Origin: Eledone cirrhosa
Taxonomy: Eukaryota
Direction of reading: 5' to 3'
DNA: 64,000 nt
Assembly: GCA_964016885.1 (NCBI GenBank)
Contig: OZ024748.1
Span: 8,866,001-8,930,000 of the forward strand
Shown here: one piece after another, positions 25,949 through 44,224 of the stretch
Layout: each line of letters opens with the position of its first letter
Numbering within the stretch: position 1 is the stretch's first letter
Notes under the pieces: model-generated
Seen by the model: the letters and a program-made list of their open reading frames with translations, nothing else
What the model was told of the DNA's origin: nothing
Databases searched by the model: none
Position numbers and translations under genes: made by a program

Positions 25949-26134
25949 TATGTACATATATGTACATATATGTATATATATATGTACATATATGTACATA
26001 TATATATGTATATATATATGAACATATATATATGTATATATATGTACATATATATACATGTACATATATATATATATACATATATATACATATATATATT
26101 TACATATATATATGTATATATATGTACATATATA

Positions 26135-26190
<56 letters not shown>

Positions 26191-26193
26191 ATG

Positions 26194-26229
<36 letters not shown>

Positions 26230-26251
26230 ATGTACATATATATATATATAA

Positions 26252-26294
<43 letters not shown>

Positions 26295-26560
26295 CGGCGA
26301 TGAATTAGTTTTGCGAGGTTTTTTATATGAAATCGTGTGTCGAAACAGATATTGTTATATTTGGGGAGGGTCATATTTGCGTAATATTGCCAGAATTAAT
26401 AACAGAACACACTCACTGTTTGGTTGGTTTTCGCTTCTCGCTGTCTTTTATATATATATATCTGCGATCTAACTTACTCGGTCCTCAATGTTGCCATTGA
26501 CTGACCGGCGGTCAAAAATAATACAGATACAATATAGACAAACACATATATATATAGTTT

Positions 26561-26600
26561 ACATAAATCTTTCGTTGCACATCTGCAACATCGTCAGTGG
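26561..26600 (-). ncRNA. Minimal hammerhead motif in PLE pseudo-LTR
   Basis: CA-CUGACGA-U-GUUGCA(GAUG)UGCAAC-GAAA-GAUU-UA-UG; strong stem II, weak 2-bp stem I. Confidence 0.7.
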
Positions 26601-26870
26601 TGTTATATTCATTGTTCCTCCTGTTGTGTTGTATGTCTACGCCATTTTTTTTTGTTCAGTCTGTCTATATATTTATTTATTTATTTGCTTGTTTGTTTAT
26701 CTTATTTTATTTTGTCTTCTTTGCGCATGCGTTTGCGTGTGTGTATAGTGTTATGTGTGATGTGTGACTAGTGTGTATCGTGTTGTGTCTGCTGGGTGAC
26801 TAGTGTGTGTTTATGTGCTTGTGTATGTATTTATTTATCTTATTTTATTTAATTTAATTTACTTATTTAT

Positions 26871-28079
26871 TTATACTTCTCTTAGGTCAGTGTTGTTTGT
26901 TTGGGTGTTGTTGTTGTTCCACTCATTCTTTCTGTTTAGCTTTGGTTTTCTAATTTCTATTTCACTGGCCTCTCTGATTTGCCTATCTGCTGGGTCATTC
27001 CTATGTTTAGATATTATTCTAATTTCTATGTTGTCTATGTTACCGTCATGATGTTGTCTAGCATGTTCGTATAGTACTGACCCGTTTTTTCGTCCTTTTA
27101 GTTCCCCCCAGTGTTGGTCTATCCTTTCACCTATGCTACGAGCTGTCTCACCTATGTATGTTGTTGTCGTGTTTCTGCAAGTACCCTCTGTACATCTTAT
27201 GCTATAGACTACGTTTCTAGTTTTACAGTTTATCCGGGGGTTCACCTTACATATGATACATTTCCTATTGGTACAGTGGGTTTTCTTAAAAGGGTAGGTT
27301 TTGCTGATCAGGGATTTTATGGTGGTTCCTGGCTTTTCTACCACCTTTATTTTTAAGTGGGTCTTTCTCAGGGCCTTTCTACACTGGTTAGCTAATTTCC
27401 CTCCAGGGGTGGCGTCCACAAACATGACACTCTGATATCTCTGGTTGTCGTACCATGATGTGGCCTTCCCTATCTTATGTCTAGCCCTATCTAAGCTATT
27501 CCATGATTTGCTCCTGTATAGTGGGCAAATTCCTTTCATGTCCAGTTCTATGAGGGTCTTATACTTTTCCATGGCTCCTTCGTATACTCTGACTCTGTCT
27601 CTTTGGTTGTAGCCAGAGAACTGCATGCGGTTGATGAAGTGTTGGATGTGTCCTTCCATTTCTGTTGGGTCGCACATGCTGGACACATTCTTCATCACTC
27701 GTACCAAATCTGCGATCAGAATATTAAACTTAGCACTACTGGACATTGCTGAGTTTTTGAGTATCAGGTATTTGGAGGCCATGGGTTTAGCATAGTGTGA
27801 GTGGAGAATTTGGGCTCTCTCGTCTATAGTGTTAATCCAGAGTTCTGTGTCTAATACAGGTAGTCTATTGTTAGGGTGTTTGGAAGGGAAGTCTATAGTT
27901 ACAGTTATACTCTGGTGTATGGAATTAGCTATCTGCTGGATGCTTTCCATCGTGCTACGTTCTAAATCAAACTTGTTAGTGCTCTCTAGTGGGGGTGTTC
28001 TTATAACTATATTGATATCGTCTACATAACGAGAGTACATGATGAGGTCTATGGAGCTTTCATTAAGGAGATCTTTAAG
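26871..28079 (-). CDS. Penelope-like reverse transcriptase C-terminal half + GIY-YIG endonuclease (5'-truncated, frame open)
   Basis: RYVDD catalytic motif, LPVLD, YAKP, CxxxxCxxC linker (CTNRKCIIC), NVVYSIRC...YIGETARSIGERIDQH, REASEI..KPKLN; frame continues upstream of the track ATG to the inversion junction. Confidence 0.93.
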   Translation of the reverse strand, partial: LKDLLNESSIDLIMYSRYVDDINIVIRTPPLESTNKFDLERSTMESIQQIANSIHQSITVTIDFPSKHPNNRLPVLDTELWINTIDERAQILHSHYAKPMASKYLILKNSAMSSSAKFNILIADLVRVMKNVSSMCDPTEMEGHIQHFINRMQFSGYNQRDRVRVYEGAMEKYKTLIELDMKGICPLYRSKSWNSLDRARHKIGKATSWYDNQRYQSVMFVDATPGGKLANQCRKALRKTHLKIKVVEKPGTTIKSLISKTYPFKKTHCTNRKCIICKVNPRINCKTRNVVYSIRCTEGTCRNTTTTYIGETARSIGERIDQHWGELKGRKNGSVLYEHARQHHDGNIDNIEIRIISKHRNDPADRQIREASEIEIRKPKLNRKNEWNNNNTQTNNTDLREV

Positions 28080-28580
28080 TCTAAAAGGACGAAAAAACGG
28101 GTCAGTACTATACGAACATGCTAGACAACATCATGACGGTAACATAGACAACATAGAAATTAGAATAATATCTAAACATAGGAATGACCCAGCAGATAGG
28201 CAAATCAGAGAGGCCAGTGAAATAGAAATTAGAAAACCAAAGCTAAACAGAAAGAATGAGTGGAACAACAACAACACCCAAACAAACAACACTGACCTAA
28301 GAGAAGTATAAATAAATAAGTAAATTAAATTAAATAAAATAAGATAAATAAATACATACACAAGCACATAAACACACACTAGTCACCCAGCAGACACAAC
28401 ACGATACACACTAGTCACACATCACACATAACACTATACACACACGCAAACGCATGCGCAAAGAAGACAAAATAAAATAAGATAAACAAACAAGCAAATA
28501 AATAAATAAATATATAGACAGACTGAACAAAAAAAATGGCGTAGACATACAACACAACAGGAGGAACAATGAATATAACA

Positions 28581-28620
28581 CCACTGACGATGTTGCAGAT
28601 GTGCAACGAAAGATTTATGT
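28581..28620 (+). ncRNA. Minimal hammerhead motif in inverted PLE pseudo-LTR
   Basis: Inverted copy of 26561-26600. Confidence 0.7.
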
Positions 28621-28885
28621 AAACTATATATATATGTGTTTGTCTATATTGTATCTGTATTATTTTTGACCGCCGGTCAGTCAATGGCAACATTGAGGAC
28701 CGAGTAAGTTAGATCGCAGATATATATATATAAAAGACAGCGAGAAGCGAAAACCAACCAAACAGTGAGTGTGTTCTGTTATTAATTCTGGCAATATTAC
28801 GCAAATATGACCCTCCCCAAATATAACAATATATATATATATATATGTACATATATATATATGTACACATATATATATATATATA

Positions 28886-29159
28886 TCATCATCATCACTC
28901 GTCGACTACTGTCGAGATGATGGATCTCACTCTCATGCCCCAGAATCCCCTGTCCCCCATCGCTGCCCCCAGGTCCTGTCTGCTGATTCCCGTATCCCTA
29001 GAGATAACGTCAGGGAATGACAGCTTCCTACTCCTAGTCAGGCTGGAGTCAGGGTTCCAGAGCAAGAGAGCGGATATGATTTCATTGCTGGCACGGTGAC
29101 AGTGGCCAGCACATTGAGCTCTCCGGGATTTTAGAAGGGCAGAGGCTCGAGGGAGTTTG
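28886..29159 (-). mobile_element. RTE/RTE-X LINE 3' end fragment
   Basis: [24 protein letters not shown]...DVISRDTG...AMGDRGFW-stop then (TGA)n tail, within (TA)n. Confidence 0.85.
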
Positions 29160-30250
<1,091 letters not shown>

Positions 30251-31036
30251 AATCCACTTTGGAAAAAAGGATGCCCTGAAACTACCATACTCTCTTCCTT
30301 CGGGTGAAACTCTAGTGGCATCCAATAACATCAGAGACATGGGAGTAATTGTGGACAACAATATAAGCCGGGCCATTCATATAAACCATAAAGTTGATAT
30401 GGCGCGCTGAATGTCTTCCTGGATTCTTAGAACTTTCCAGTCGAGAGATATCCACACTGTTATCCTTCTTTTCTCCACTTTTGCCCGACCCCACCTTGAA
30501 TACTGTTGTCCACTGTGGTCAAAGTATCATGAAAGTTGAAGCACCCTAAAGATCGATTACAAAAAAGATAGATGGCATGACAGGCCTTGACTGTTGCGGT
30601 CGATTAGAAAAGCTCAAACTTTATTCTCTCCAACGTCGCCGTGAGCGATACATTATCTGTATGATGTGGAACATATTCCATCAGCACTGGCAAATGATGT
30701 TGGCATCACCTTTAGTGTACGCCCAAGGCTTGGGCCCCGTGCTATCCGCCCACGACAAAAATCTCACTCGCATCACATAACAACAATACGACACAATTAT
30801 TTCACCTCAATTGGCCCTGCACTCTTTAACATTACATCAAAGCAGAGACAGACCCCATCAAGTTCAAGAAGTCTTTGGATAAATTCCTTCAAGAAATCCC
30901 GGATAAGCCTCTGTAAACAATAACTCTCTGCTCGAGTGGGCCATGGTGCCCAAACACTGATTTGTAAGACTTCGCCAGGTGGTGCTATTAAGTTAGACAT
31001 GGCCTGGGTCAATACTGGCCGAAACCTATCAAAGTT
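30251..31036 (+). mobile_element. CR1-like LINE 3' fragment, degenerate
   Basis: [40 protein letters not shown] with stops/frameshifts; 3' UTR shared with 41807 and 57703 copies. Confidence 0.9.
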
Positions 31037-31185
31037 ATATATATGTACATGTAAATATATATATGTATGTACATGTACATATATATATATATATGTACAT
31101 GTACATATATATAAAGTACATGTACATGTATATATATATATATGTACATGTACACATATATATGTATTTATATATATGTACATGT

Positions 31186-31263
<78 letters not shown>

Positions 31264-31580
31264 GTATATATATATATACATGTATATATATATATACATG
31301 TATATATATATATATATATACATGTATATATATATATATATATGTACATGTATATATATATATATATATATGTACATGTATATATATATATATGTACATA
31401 TATATATATGTACATGTATATATATATATATGTACATGTATATATATGTACATGTATATATATGTACATGTATATATATGTACATGTATATATATGTACA
31501 TGTATATAAATGTACATGTATATATATATATATATGTACATGTATATATATGTACATGTATATATATATATATGTACATG

Positions 31581-31632
<52 letters not shown>

Positions 31633-31634
31633 CA

Positions 31635-31696
<62 letters not shown>

Positions 31697-31900
31697 CATA
31701 TATATATATATACATGTACATATATATACATGTACATATATATACATGTACATATATATATACATATATATATACATGTATGCTAGGGAATTTTATTTTT
31801 ATTTTTATTTTTTATTCTTATCCTCTATCGTCTATTATTACCTTTCATTCTTCAATGTCTTGGATTTGTTACTGCTTTTATGGTATGTAATTAACCTTTA

Positions 31901-31946
31901 TGCTCTGATGAGTCCCACTTATAGTGTGGATGAAACAATGTTAGCA
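31901..31946 (+). ncRNA. Type I hammerhead ribozyme motif, canonical core
   Basis: UGCU-CUGAUGA-GUCC-CAC(UUAUA)GUG-U-GGAU-GAAAC-AAU-GUU-AGCA; cleavage GUU; in a ~200-bp island between (TA)n arrays. Confidence 0.87.
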
Positions 31947-32024
31947 AGTAAAGATATGCATATGCTATAAGCGTTCTTTGTTATTTATTTATTATATATA
32001 TATACATGTACATTTATATACATG

Positions 32025-32073
<49 letters not shown>

Positions 32074-32181
32074 GTACATGTATATAAATGTACATGTATA
32101 TATATATATGTATATATATATGTACATGTATATATATGTACATGTATATATATGTACATGTATATATATATATGTACATGT

Positions 32182-32212
<31 letters not shown>

Positions 32213-32351
32213 AATATACACTGGTGTGTATGATTGTGTATAGAAGATTATATTAATAAAAGGAATTCCAACTTTGTCTGATTTAGTCGTTTTATTTACA
32301 ATCCTTTAAAATTTATAATGGTATTAGAATGAAATAGTATGGTAGAATATT

Positions 32352-32551
32352 AAATGTTAAGTGTTAATTGAACAAGTACTTTCATGCTTTCGCAATCTTC
32401 AGGTTCATAATGTGTGGTGACAGTCAAGTTTGCAATTTTCAAGTTTGCAATCTTCAACAGTTGAAAATTGTAAACTTGACTGTCACCACACATTATGAAC
32501 CTGAAGATTGCGAATGCATGAAAGTACTTGTTCAATTAACACTTAACATTT
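32352..32551. repeat. Fold-back palindrome (~91-bp arms) with a hammerhead motif in each arm
   Basis: 32352-32442 is the reverse complement of 32461-32551 with ~2 mismatches. Confidence 0.94.
32496..32534 (+). ncRNA. Minimal hammerhead ribozyme motif (mirror copy on minus strand 32369-32407)
   Basis: UGAAC-CUGAAGA-U-UGC(GAAU)GCA-U-GAAA-GUAC-UU-GUUCA; 5-bp stem I, palindromic AGUACU stem III. Confidence 0.82.
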
Positions 32552-32623
32552 CATATGTATATATATATATATATGTACATGTATATATATATATATGTAC
32601 ATGTATATATATATATATGTATG

Positions 32624-32674
<51 letters not shown>

Positions 32675-33162
32675 ACATGTATATATATATGTGTACATGT
32701 ATATATATATGTACATGTATATATATATGTACATGTACATATATATATATATGTACATGTATATATATATGTACATGTATATATATATGTACATGTACAT
32801 ATATATATATATATATGTACATGTACATATATATATATGTACATGTATATATACATATATATATATGTACATGTACATATATGTACATGTACCATATATA
32901 TATATATATGTACATGTACATATATATATCTATATGTACATGTACATATATATATGTACATGTATATATACATATATATATATGTACATGTACATATATA
33001 TATCTATATGTACATGTACATATATATATATATGTACTTGTACATATATATGTACATGTACATATGTACATGTACATATATATATATATATGTATGTACA
33101 TGTATATATATGTGTGTGTGTACATATACATGTATATATATATATGTGTGTGTACATGTATG

Positions 33163-33199
<37 letters not shown>

Positions 33200-34289
33200 A
33201 CATATTTATACACTACAACTTTAATATATCATCTTTAAAGTATTTCGGATAGTATTCTATTAATTCTTTTATTCTTGATTATTAAAGAACAAATCCTGAA
33301 AAACGTTGATTATTTTTCCTTTTGTTGGTATCAGACGTTCTTCCAACGTAAGATCTGAATAAAGTAGTCGGGGGTGGCGGGCCTGTGAGGACAGCGGAGA
33401 GCACCATATACATATTATGTTTATTGATGAGAGATCTTCCTCAACAAACAGTCATCACTGAACACACGATTGCAAGAGAATTTCAATCGTGAATAGGAAA
33501 GAACAGTGAAAATTAGAAAAAGAATAATGCGATATAAATAAGCAACTAGTCTGTATCTTCCGGAAACAGCGACGTTGAAAAGGAAAAGATGTGCATTTCT
33601 TTGAAAAATATAAATCAAACGCCTGGGGAAGCGAAGAAATAAAGAGAGCAGCTGTTAAATGAATAATTAAGAAGAAAACTCAACAAAATAGCATTTGAAA
33701 TTAAACAAGAGAAAATGTTTATCATTATTTTTGTTGAATATGAGTCGGATAAAATATATGTTGGCTGCGTGTCGGGAAAGAGGGAGAAAGAGAAAAAGGA
33801 GATATTGTTTAAATGCTCAGCAATATCACACCATTATGAAAGAAATCACCAAAAACTTACGACATTAAACTAATTTATTTGCTTTATTTGCCTGGCCATT
33901 TAATGGGTATTTCCGCCACTACCTCCACCACACCATCACTCCTAATGACCAATAAATCATTCAGTAAAGATAAAGAATGACAAGAAAACCAACAGCTACA
34001 ACAATAACAATAACAACAATATTAACCAACGACAGCAAATAAGTAATTAAATTCCTGGTAACAACAATAGTAACAACATTAGCAATAACATTATAACAAC
34101 AACAACAACAGCAACAACACAACAGATAATTATAATTAATAATAATACCAGTGGTAGAAGTGTGGGCTGGGACAACAACAACAACATAACCAACATAATA
34201 ACATGAGCTGGATGACAAACTATAAGGTAAACAACAACAGCTAAAACAACATATAATTAAGAACGGTTGGTGGTAGGAAGTTGGAGAGA

Positions 34290-34715
34290 CTCTACAGCAG
34301 CAACTACAGCAGCAACAACAGCAGTAGCAGCGATAATAACAGCAGCAATAACAACAACAGCAGCAATGATAATAACAACAGCAGCAGCAGCAGCAATGAT
34401 AACAACAACAGTAGCAACAGCAACAGCAGCAATGATAATAACAACAACAGCAGCAACAGCAGCAATGATAACAACAACAGTAGCAACAGCAACAGCAGCA
34501 ATGATAATAACAACAGCAGCAGCAGCAGCAGCAATGATAACAACAACAGTAGCAACAACAACAGCACCAATGATAATAACAACAGCAGCAGCAGCAGCAA
34601 TGATAACAATAGTAGCAACAATAACAACAACAGCAGCAGCAGCAGCAATGATAACAATAGTAGCAACAACAACAACAACAGCAGCAATGACAACAACAGC
34701 AATATCAACATCAGT
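34290..34715. repeat. (CAA/CAG/TAA)n trinucleotide repeat
   Basis: Directly visible. Confidence 0.93.
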
Positions 34716-34739
34716 GACAATAGGGAAAGTGACGTTAAT

Positions 34740-34921
34740 ATAATTGTTTCTATTTTTGGCACAAGGCCAGCAATTACCCAGTACATTACTGGTACTTTAT
34801 TTTATCGACCCCCGTAAGGATGAAAGGCAAAGTCAACCTCGGCGGGATTTGAACTCAGATCATAAAGGGACGTAACTGTGCTGGAAAATATGGCGTCCGA
34901 CCCTCTACCGATACTGCCAAT
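34740..34921 (-). mobile_element. tRNA-derived SINE
   Basis: Nearly identical to 8563-8750. Confidence 0.88.
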
Positions 34922-35369
34922 ATAATAATTGTCAGAAATAGGAGCTGAAATAAGGACGACACAACATTTTATACTACAACAAATAATTATAAGTAATAAA
35001 AACAGAAACACAAAAAAGCCGACAGGAATGACAACATCAACACTAACAGCCATAGAAACAACAGGATGGGCAACAATAGCAACAACAGCAACAACAACAA
35101 TAGCAACTGTAACAACTCCAATGCGAGCAACAAGGACTTCAATAAAAATAAAAAAATCCTTAACATGAAACTGTGTTAATTAGTAAAATCTCAAATAGAG
35201 AAACTGTTGTAGATATAGAGACAACAATAACAACTACCACAACATTAACAACAACAACATTTACTGCAAAATATCTATAAAATAACAGCAAGAAGAACAA
35301 AAAATGTTAAAATGATTGTTGTATTGTGTATACAAAATTAGCAATAGGAACAACATCACCAAGAGATGT

Positions 35370-35762
35370 AACAAAAACTGCAACTAAAACAACAATAACT
35401 GCAACCAAAACAACAAAAACTGCGACTAAAACAACAAAAATTGTAACTAAAACAACTGCAACCAAAACAACAAAAACTGCAACCAAAACAACAAAAACTG
35501 TAACTAAAACAACTGCAACCAAAACAACAAAAACTGCAACTAAAACAACAATAACTGCAACCAAAACAACAAAAACTGTAACTAAAACAACTGCAACCAA
35601 AACAACAAAAACTGCAACTAAAACAACAATAACTGCAACCAAAACAACAAAAACTGCAACCAAAACAACAAAAACTGCAACTAAAACAACATTAACTGCA
35701 ACCAAAACAACAAAAACTGCAACCAAAACAACAAAAACTGCAACTAAAACAAGAAAAACTGC
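35370..35762. repeat. 18-21-bp A/C-rich tandem repeat
   Basis: Unit AAAACAACAAAAACTGCAACY. Confidence 0.92.
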
Positions 35763-37474
35763 TATAAATATATGTTAGTAATGTTCTTCTTCACTGTACC
35801 AGCTGGTAGAGTTTAATGATTAGAAGAAGGGATAGTCTCTGTAGTTATTCCATGTTTTGTTCTGTAGAATCTTGGTAGTCACTCCAGGCTGTAACACTAC
35901 TATATTGTTACACAGTTCTATTTTTTACCATTTTACAGTAAAATACTACACCATACTTTCTTCATTTATTTATTTTCCATAAGTTTGTGTTTAATAACAG
36001 CAATAACAGCAGCAGTAAAGAGAACAATATAAACAACAATAACAACAACAATAACACCAATAACAAACATATTGAACTGAAAACAATAAAATAACTTTCT
36101 CTTACATATTTTCTGTTTTTCTCTCATCCCCCCTCTCTCTTTCTAATTCTCACTCTCATACTCTTTCATACATTCTCCTCCCTCTCTTCCTCTTCTCCCT
36201 TTATTTATCGAACTTCACGATTCTCTGGGTGTCAATGCAAACTAGGTTCAGGTTACAAAATGGCGAAAGTGCTGTTTAGCGGGGTAAGGAATTATTTAAA
36301 CAAATTACTATTTTTATATGTGACAACATTTATTATGTAATCAATATCTCTGAAGCCCAGGAGTCACCAACATATATCTCAGCACATTACATAATAGCTA
36401 CAGATGTATTAGACAAGGAATGCTTAAGTATTTAACCACTGCTGTTGTTCTGTATTTTTTAGAAAATTAAAGAACAACAGCAGTGGTTAAAAATGGCTAC
36501 TGGTTAAATTTGAAAGTATAACTGATTTTAGTTTGGTAATCATTTATCGATCCGTACAAGGATGTACTGTTCGAACCAGCAATTAAACTTCAAACAACTC
36601 CGTTAATCCGGTTTTTGAAAGGAAAAATAAATATTGATCTGAACTTTCAAGGCACCGAGAGATTCTAAGGTTTGTAGAAAATTGAGACACGGAAAATAAA
36701 TGTAAATACAGTTAGTTGTTATAAATTGCCGACTTCTAAACTATTTAGAGAAAGCAACTGTATGTACAAATATTGGTTCTTTTTTAAATTGGTAGAGATT
36801 GTATTTTTAGGGCAGAAGAAATGTGAAAAGTTCTATTAAATAACAATAAGAACATAGATGAAGAGAATCAAATTGTCAAAGATCACAGACTCTGTACACT
36901 GACACCTTAACTGGCAGCCACTGGATAAATATATACATTTTCCAACGGTACAGCAAAGGAGCAGCTTGCTGATCACTCGACATCGACTGACAACATGACA
37001 ACATAAGGACATATACATTTCTCCATTAGGTAGACCAAGTGGTTTTAACCAACAGCTCCAAGGAGAGAACATGACATGAACTGCCGACCAGACTTCTGAA
37101 ATATTCTGTCCATATTCGTCATATTTTAGCAAAAATATATAAAAATAAGAAATAAGTTGAGATATGAAATTTAAGAACAAAGGTAGTTAGCCTCTCTTCC
37201 ACCGAAGCAACGTTCACAGTTGATTTTCATAAATCAATTTCTTCTAACAACATTGTCATATACATATTACCAGGCCCTTACCATTTCATTATTCAGAGTA
37301 TATTCAACATTTTAATTAATACAATATTCTCTAAAATTATGTCTTTCAAGTCTTATATTTTACTTATATCATTCTCCGTCTTTAAATATGCCGAACTGTA
37401 TTTCAAACAAAGCAATAACAGTTTTGTATTTATTCACGGATATGTGTATATATACATATATACCAATATATATA

Positions 37475-37531
<57 letters not shown>

Positions 37532-38415
37532 GTGTGTGTGTGTATATGTGATTTTTTCTGTGTGTCTCTATGTGTTTATGTTATTCACTCATCCATCGTC
37601 ATATTTAGTTATTTTATCAGCGACGTATTTTCATTAAGTCTCCTACTTCAGATGTGTTGTTGTTTACATGAGTTTCTTTTAATTATATTTCCTTTAATCT
37701 AACTAGAAATAGTTGAAAATAATAATATTTAGTTCTATCAACATCTATTGATATGTTTTAATGTATTTCTCATATTCAATGCTAAGATATTTTATCTATG
37801 CCTTGCCGATGCTTTTGTTATCTCTGTTGTGTAAGACCGATTTATCTTCTCTAACATTTATTTACATTTTATTTTAGATTTATGGATATTTCCATCCATT
37901 AGTGAGTGGTAATGCTAGGTTTTTATCATTATTAATTACCTTTAATGATTGCATTTACCTGTTATATAGATATATTATATTTTACTTATTTTCAAAGATA
38001 TTTCTTTTTATCTAGTATTGTTTACATTGATATCTTCTGGTTACATCTATTAATTACTCGCTGTATATTTGTTTATATCTAACTTCATCTATATAGCATT
38101 TAATCAATCTGCAACTCTTATATTTTACATATTTCATGTATCTTCCCAAGATGTTACAATTTTCTTGAACGAATATATTAACTGAAGAATTGATTATCTC
38201 AAAATATCGGATCCTAGCAAAATTTTATGTAACTTAATGTAATTTTAACTCGGCCAATATATCTGTATTCCGATAGTCTGCATTACATACCAGTAATACG
38301 CGTGGCTGGAAAGCGTGAGTGATATCAAATATCAAATATGGTAACATTACTTTATGGTGGTGAATTGACAGAATCGTTAAAAGAGACAATACAAAACTTT
38401 ATTATAATTTTACTG

Positions 38416-38640
38416 ATTGACAGAATCGGTAGAGCCACGGACACTATGCTGTGCAGCATAAAGTTTATGGCCGTTTACGTTCTGAGTTCAAATTCCACCG
38501 AGGTTAAGCTTAGCCTTTCATACTTACGGGATTGATAAAATAAAGTACCAGTCACACACTGGGGTCGATTTAATAGACTTTCTCCCTCCCCCCTCCCCCA
38601 AATTGCTGGCCTTTTGCCTAAATCAGAAACCATTATAATT
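38416..38640 (+). mobile_element. tRNA-derived SINE, full length
   Basis: TGACAGAATCGGTAGAGC head, GAGTTCAAATTCC B-box, GATAAAATAAAGTACCAGT body, TTGCTGGCCTTTTGCCTAAA tail. Confidence 0.87.
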
Positions 38641-38819
38641 GAACTGGATCTCCGTGATCCGGGTCAAACTCCAGCCGTGGTCACATCTGTTTTTCATCGT
38701 GTCTATTTAATCTTTTCTTCCTTAAGCCACACCTGATGGAGTGAGGCGCTGTGGTACGACATCACTCCACCATTTGTAAAACCTGGCGAGGGCATCTCCT
38801 TTCCAGCTGATTACTTCCA

Positions 38820-39865
38820 GTGTGTGTGTGTGTGTGTGTATGTTTGTATGGCCGTGGGTCTATGATTGTATGTATGTGTGTGTGTGTTTGTAGGGATGTG
38901 TGTGTATGATTGTGTGTGTGTGTGTGTATGTTTGTATGGATGTGTGTGTGTATGATTGTATGTATGTGTGTGTATGTTTGTAGGGATGTGTGTGTATGAT
39001 TGTATGTGTGTGTGTATGTTTGTATGGATGTGTGTGTATGATTGTATGTATGTGTGTGTATGTTTGTATGGATGTGTGTGTATGATTGTGTGTGTGTGTG
39101 TGTATGTTTGTATGGATGTGTGTGTATGATTGTATGGATGTATGTGTGTGTGTTTGTAGGGATGTGATTGTGTGTGTGTGTGTGTATGTTTGTATGGATG
39201 TGTGTGTGTATGATTGTATGTATGTGTGTGTATGTTTGTAGGGATGTGTGTGTATGATTGTATGTATGTGTGTATGTTTGTATGGATGTGTGTGTATGAT
39301 TGTATGTATGTGTGTGTATGTTTGTATGGATGTGTGTGTATGATTGTGTGTGTGTGTGTATGTTTGTATGGATGTGTGTGTATGATTGTATGGATGTATG
39401 TGTGTGTGTTTGTAGGGATGTGATTGTGTGTGTGTGTGTGTATGTTTGTATGGATGTGTGTGTGTATGATTGTATGTATGTGTGTGTATGTTTGTAGGGA
39501 TGTGTGTGTATGATTGTATGTATGTGTGTATGTTTGTATGGATGTGTATGTATGATTGTATGTATGTGTGTGTATGTTTGTATGGATGTGTGTGTATGAT
39601 TGTGTGTGTGTGTGTGTATGTTTGTATGGATGTGTGTGTATGATTGTATGGATGAATGTGTGTGTGTTTGTAGGGATGTGTGTGTATGATTGTGTGTGTG
39701 TGTGTATGTTTGTATGGATGTGTGTGTATGATTGTGTGTGTGTGTATGTTTGTATGGATGTGTGTGTATGATTGTATGTATGTGTATGTTTGTATGGATG
39801 TGTGTGTGTGTGTTTGTATGGATGTGTGTGTGTGTGTATGCTAGTATGGATGTGTGTATGTGTGT
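38820..39865. repeat. (TG)n-based compound minisatellite
   Basis: Alternating TATGATTG and TTTGTATGGATG motifs in TG runs. Confidence 0.93.
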
Positions 39866-39974
39866 TTGTTCGTTTATCAAACAGACACTCAGATGGGAGG
39901 TGTCAGTGAGCAAACTGTCCGACAGATTTAAATATACATTTATATCGCAGATGATAAAACAGTTACCATCTAGT

Positions 39975-44224
<4,250 letters not shown>

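Larger units (their letters stand above)
26349..28832 (-). mobile_element. 5'-truncated Penelope-like element with inverted pseudo-LTR (arms 26349-27101 / 28081-28832)
   Basis: ~750-bp near-identical inverted arms, RT+GIY-YIG ORF, hammerhead in each arm, (TA)n on both sides. Confidence 0.93.

Noticed and set aside
28311-28580. SECIS element in the PLE 3' UTR
   Set aside because: No AUGA..AA..GA hairpin evident by eye and no in-frame UGA in the retained ORF
34267-35778. Thr/Ala-, Asn/Ser- and TKT-rich mucin-like ORFs
   Set aside because: Trinucleotide/minisatellite translations that run into a SINE; no splice or domain support
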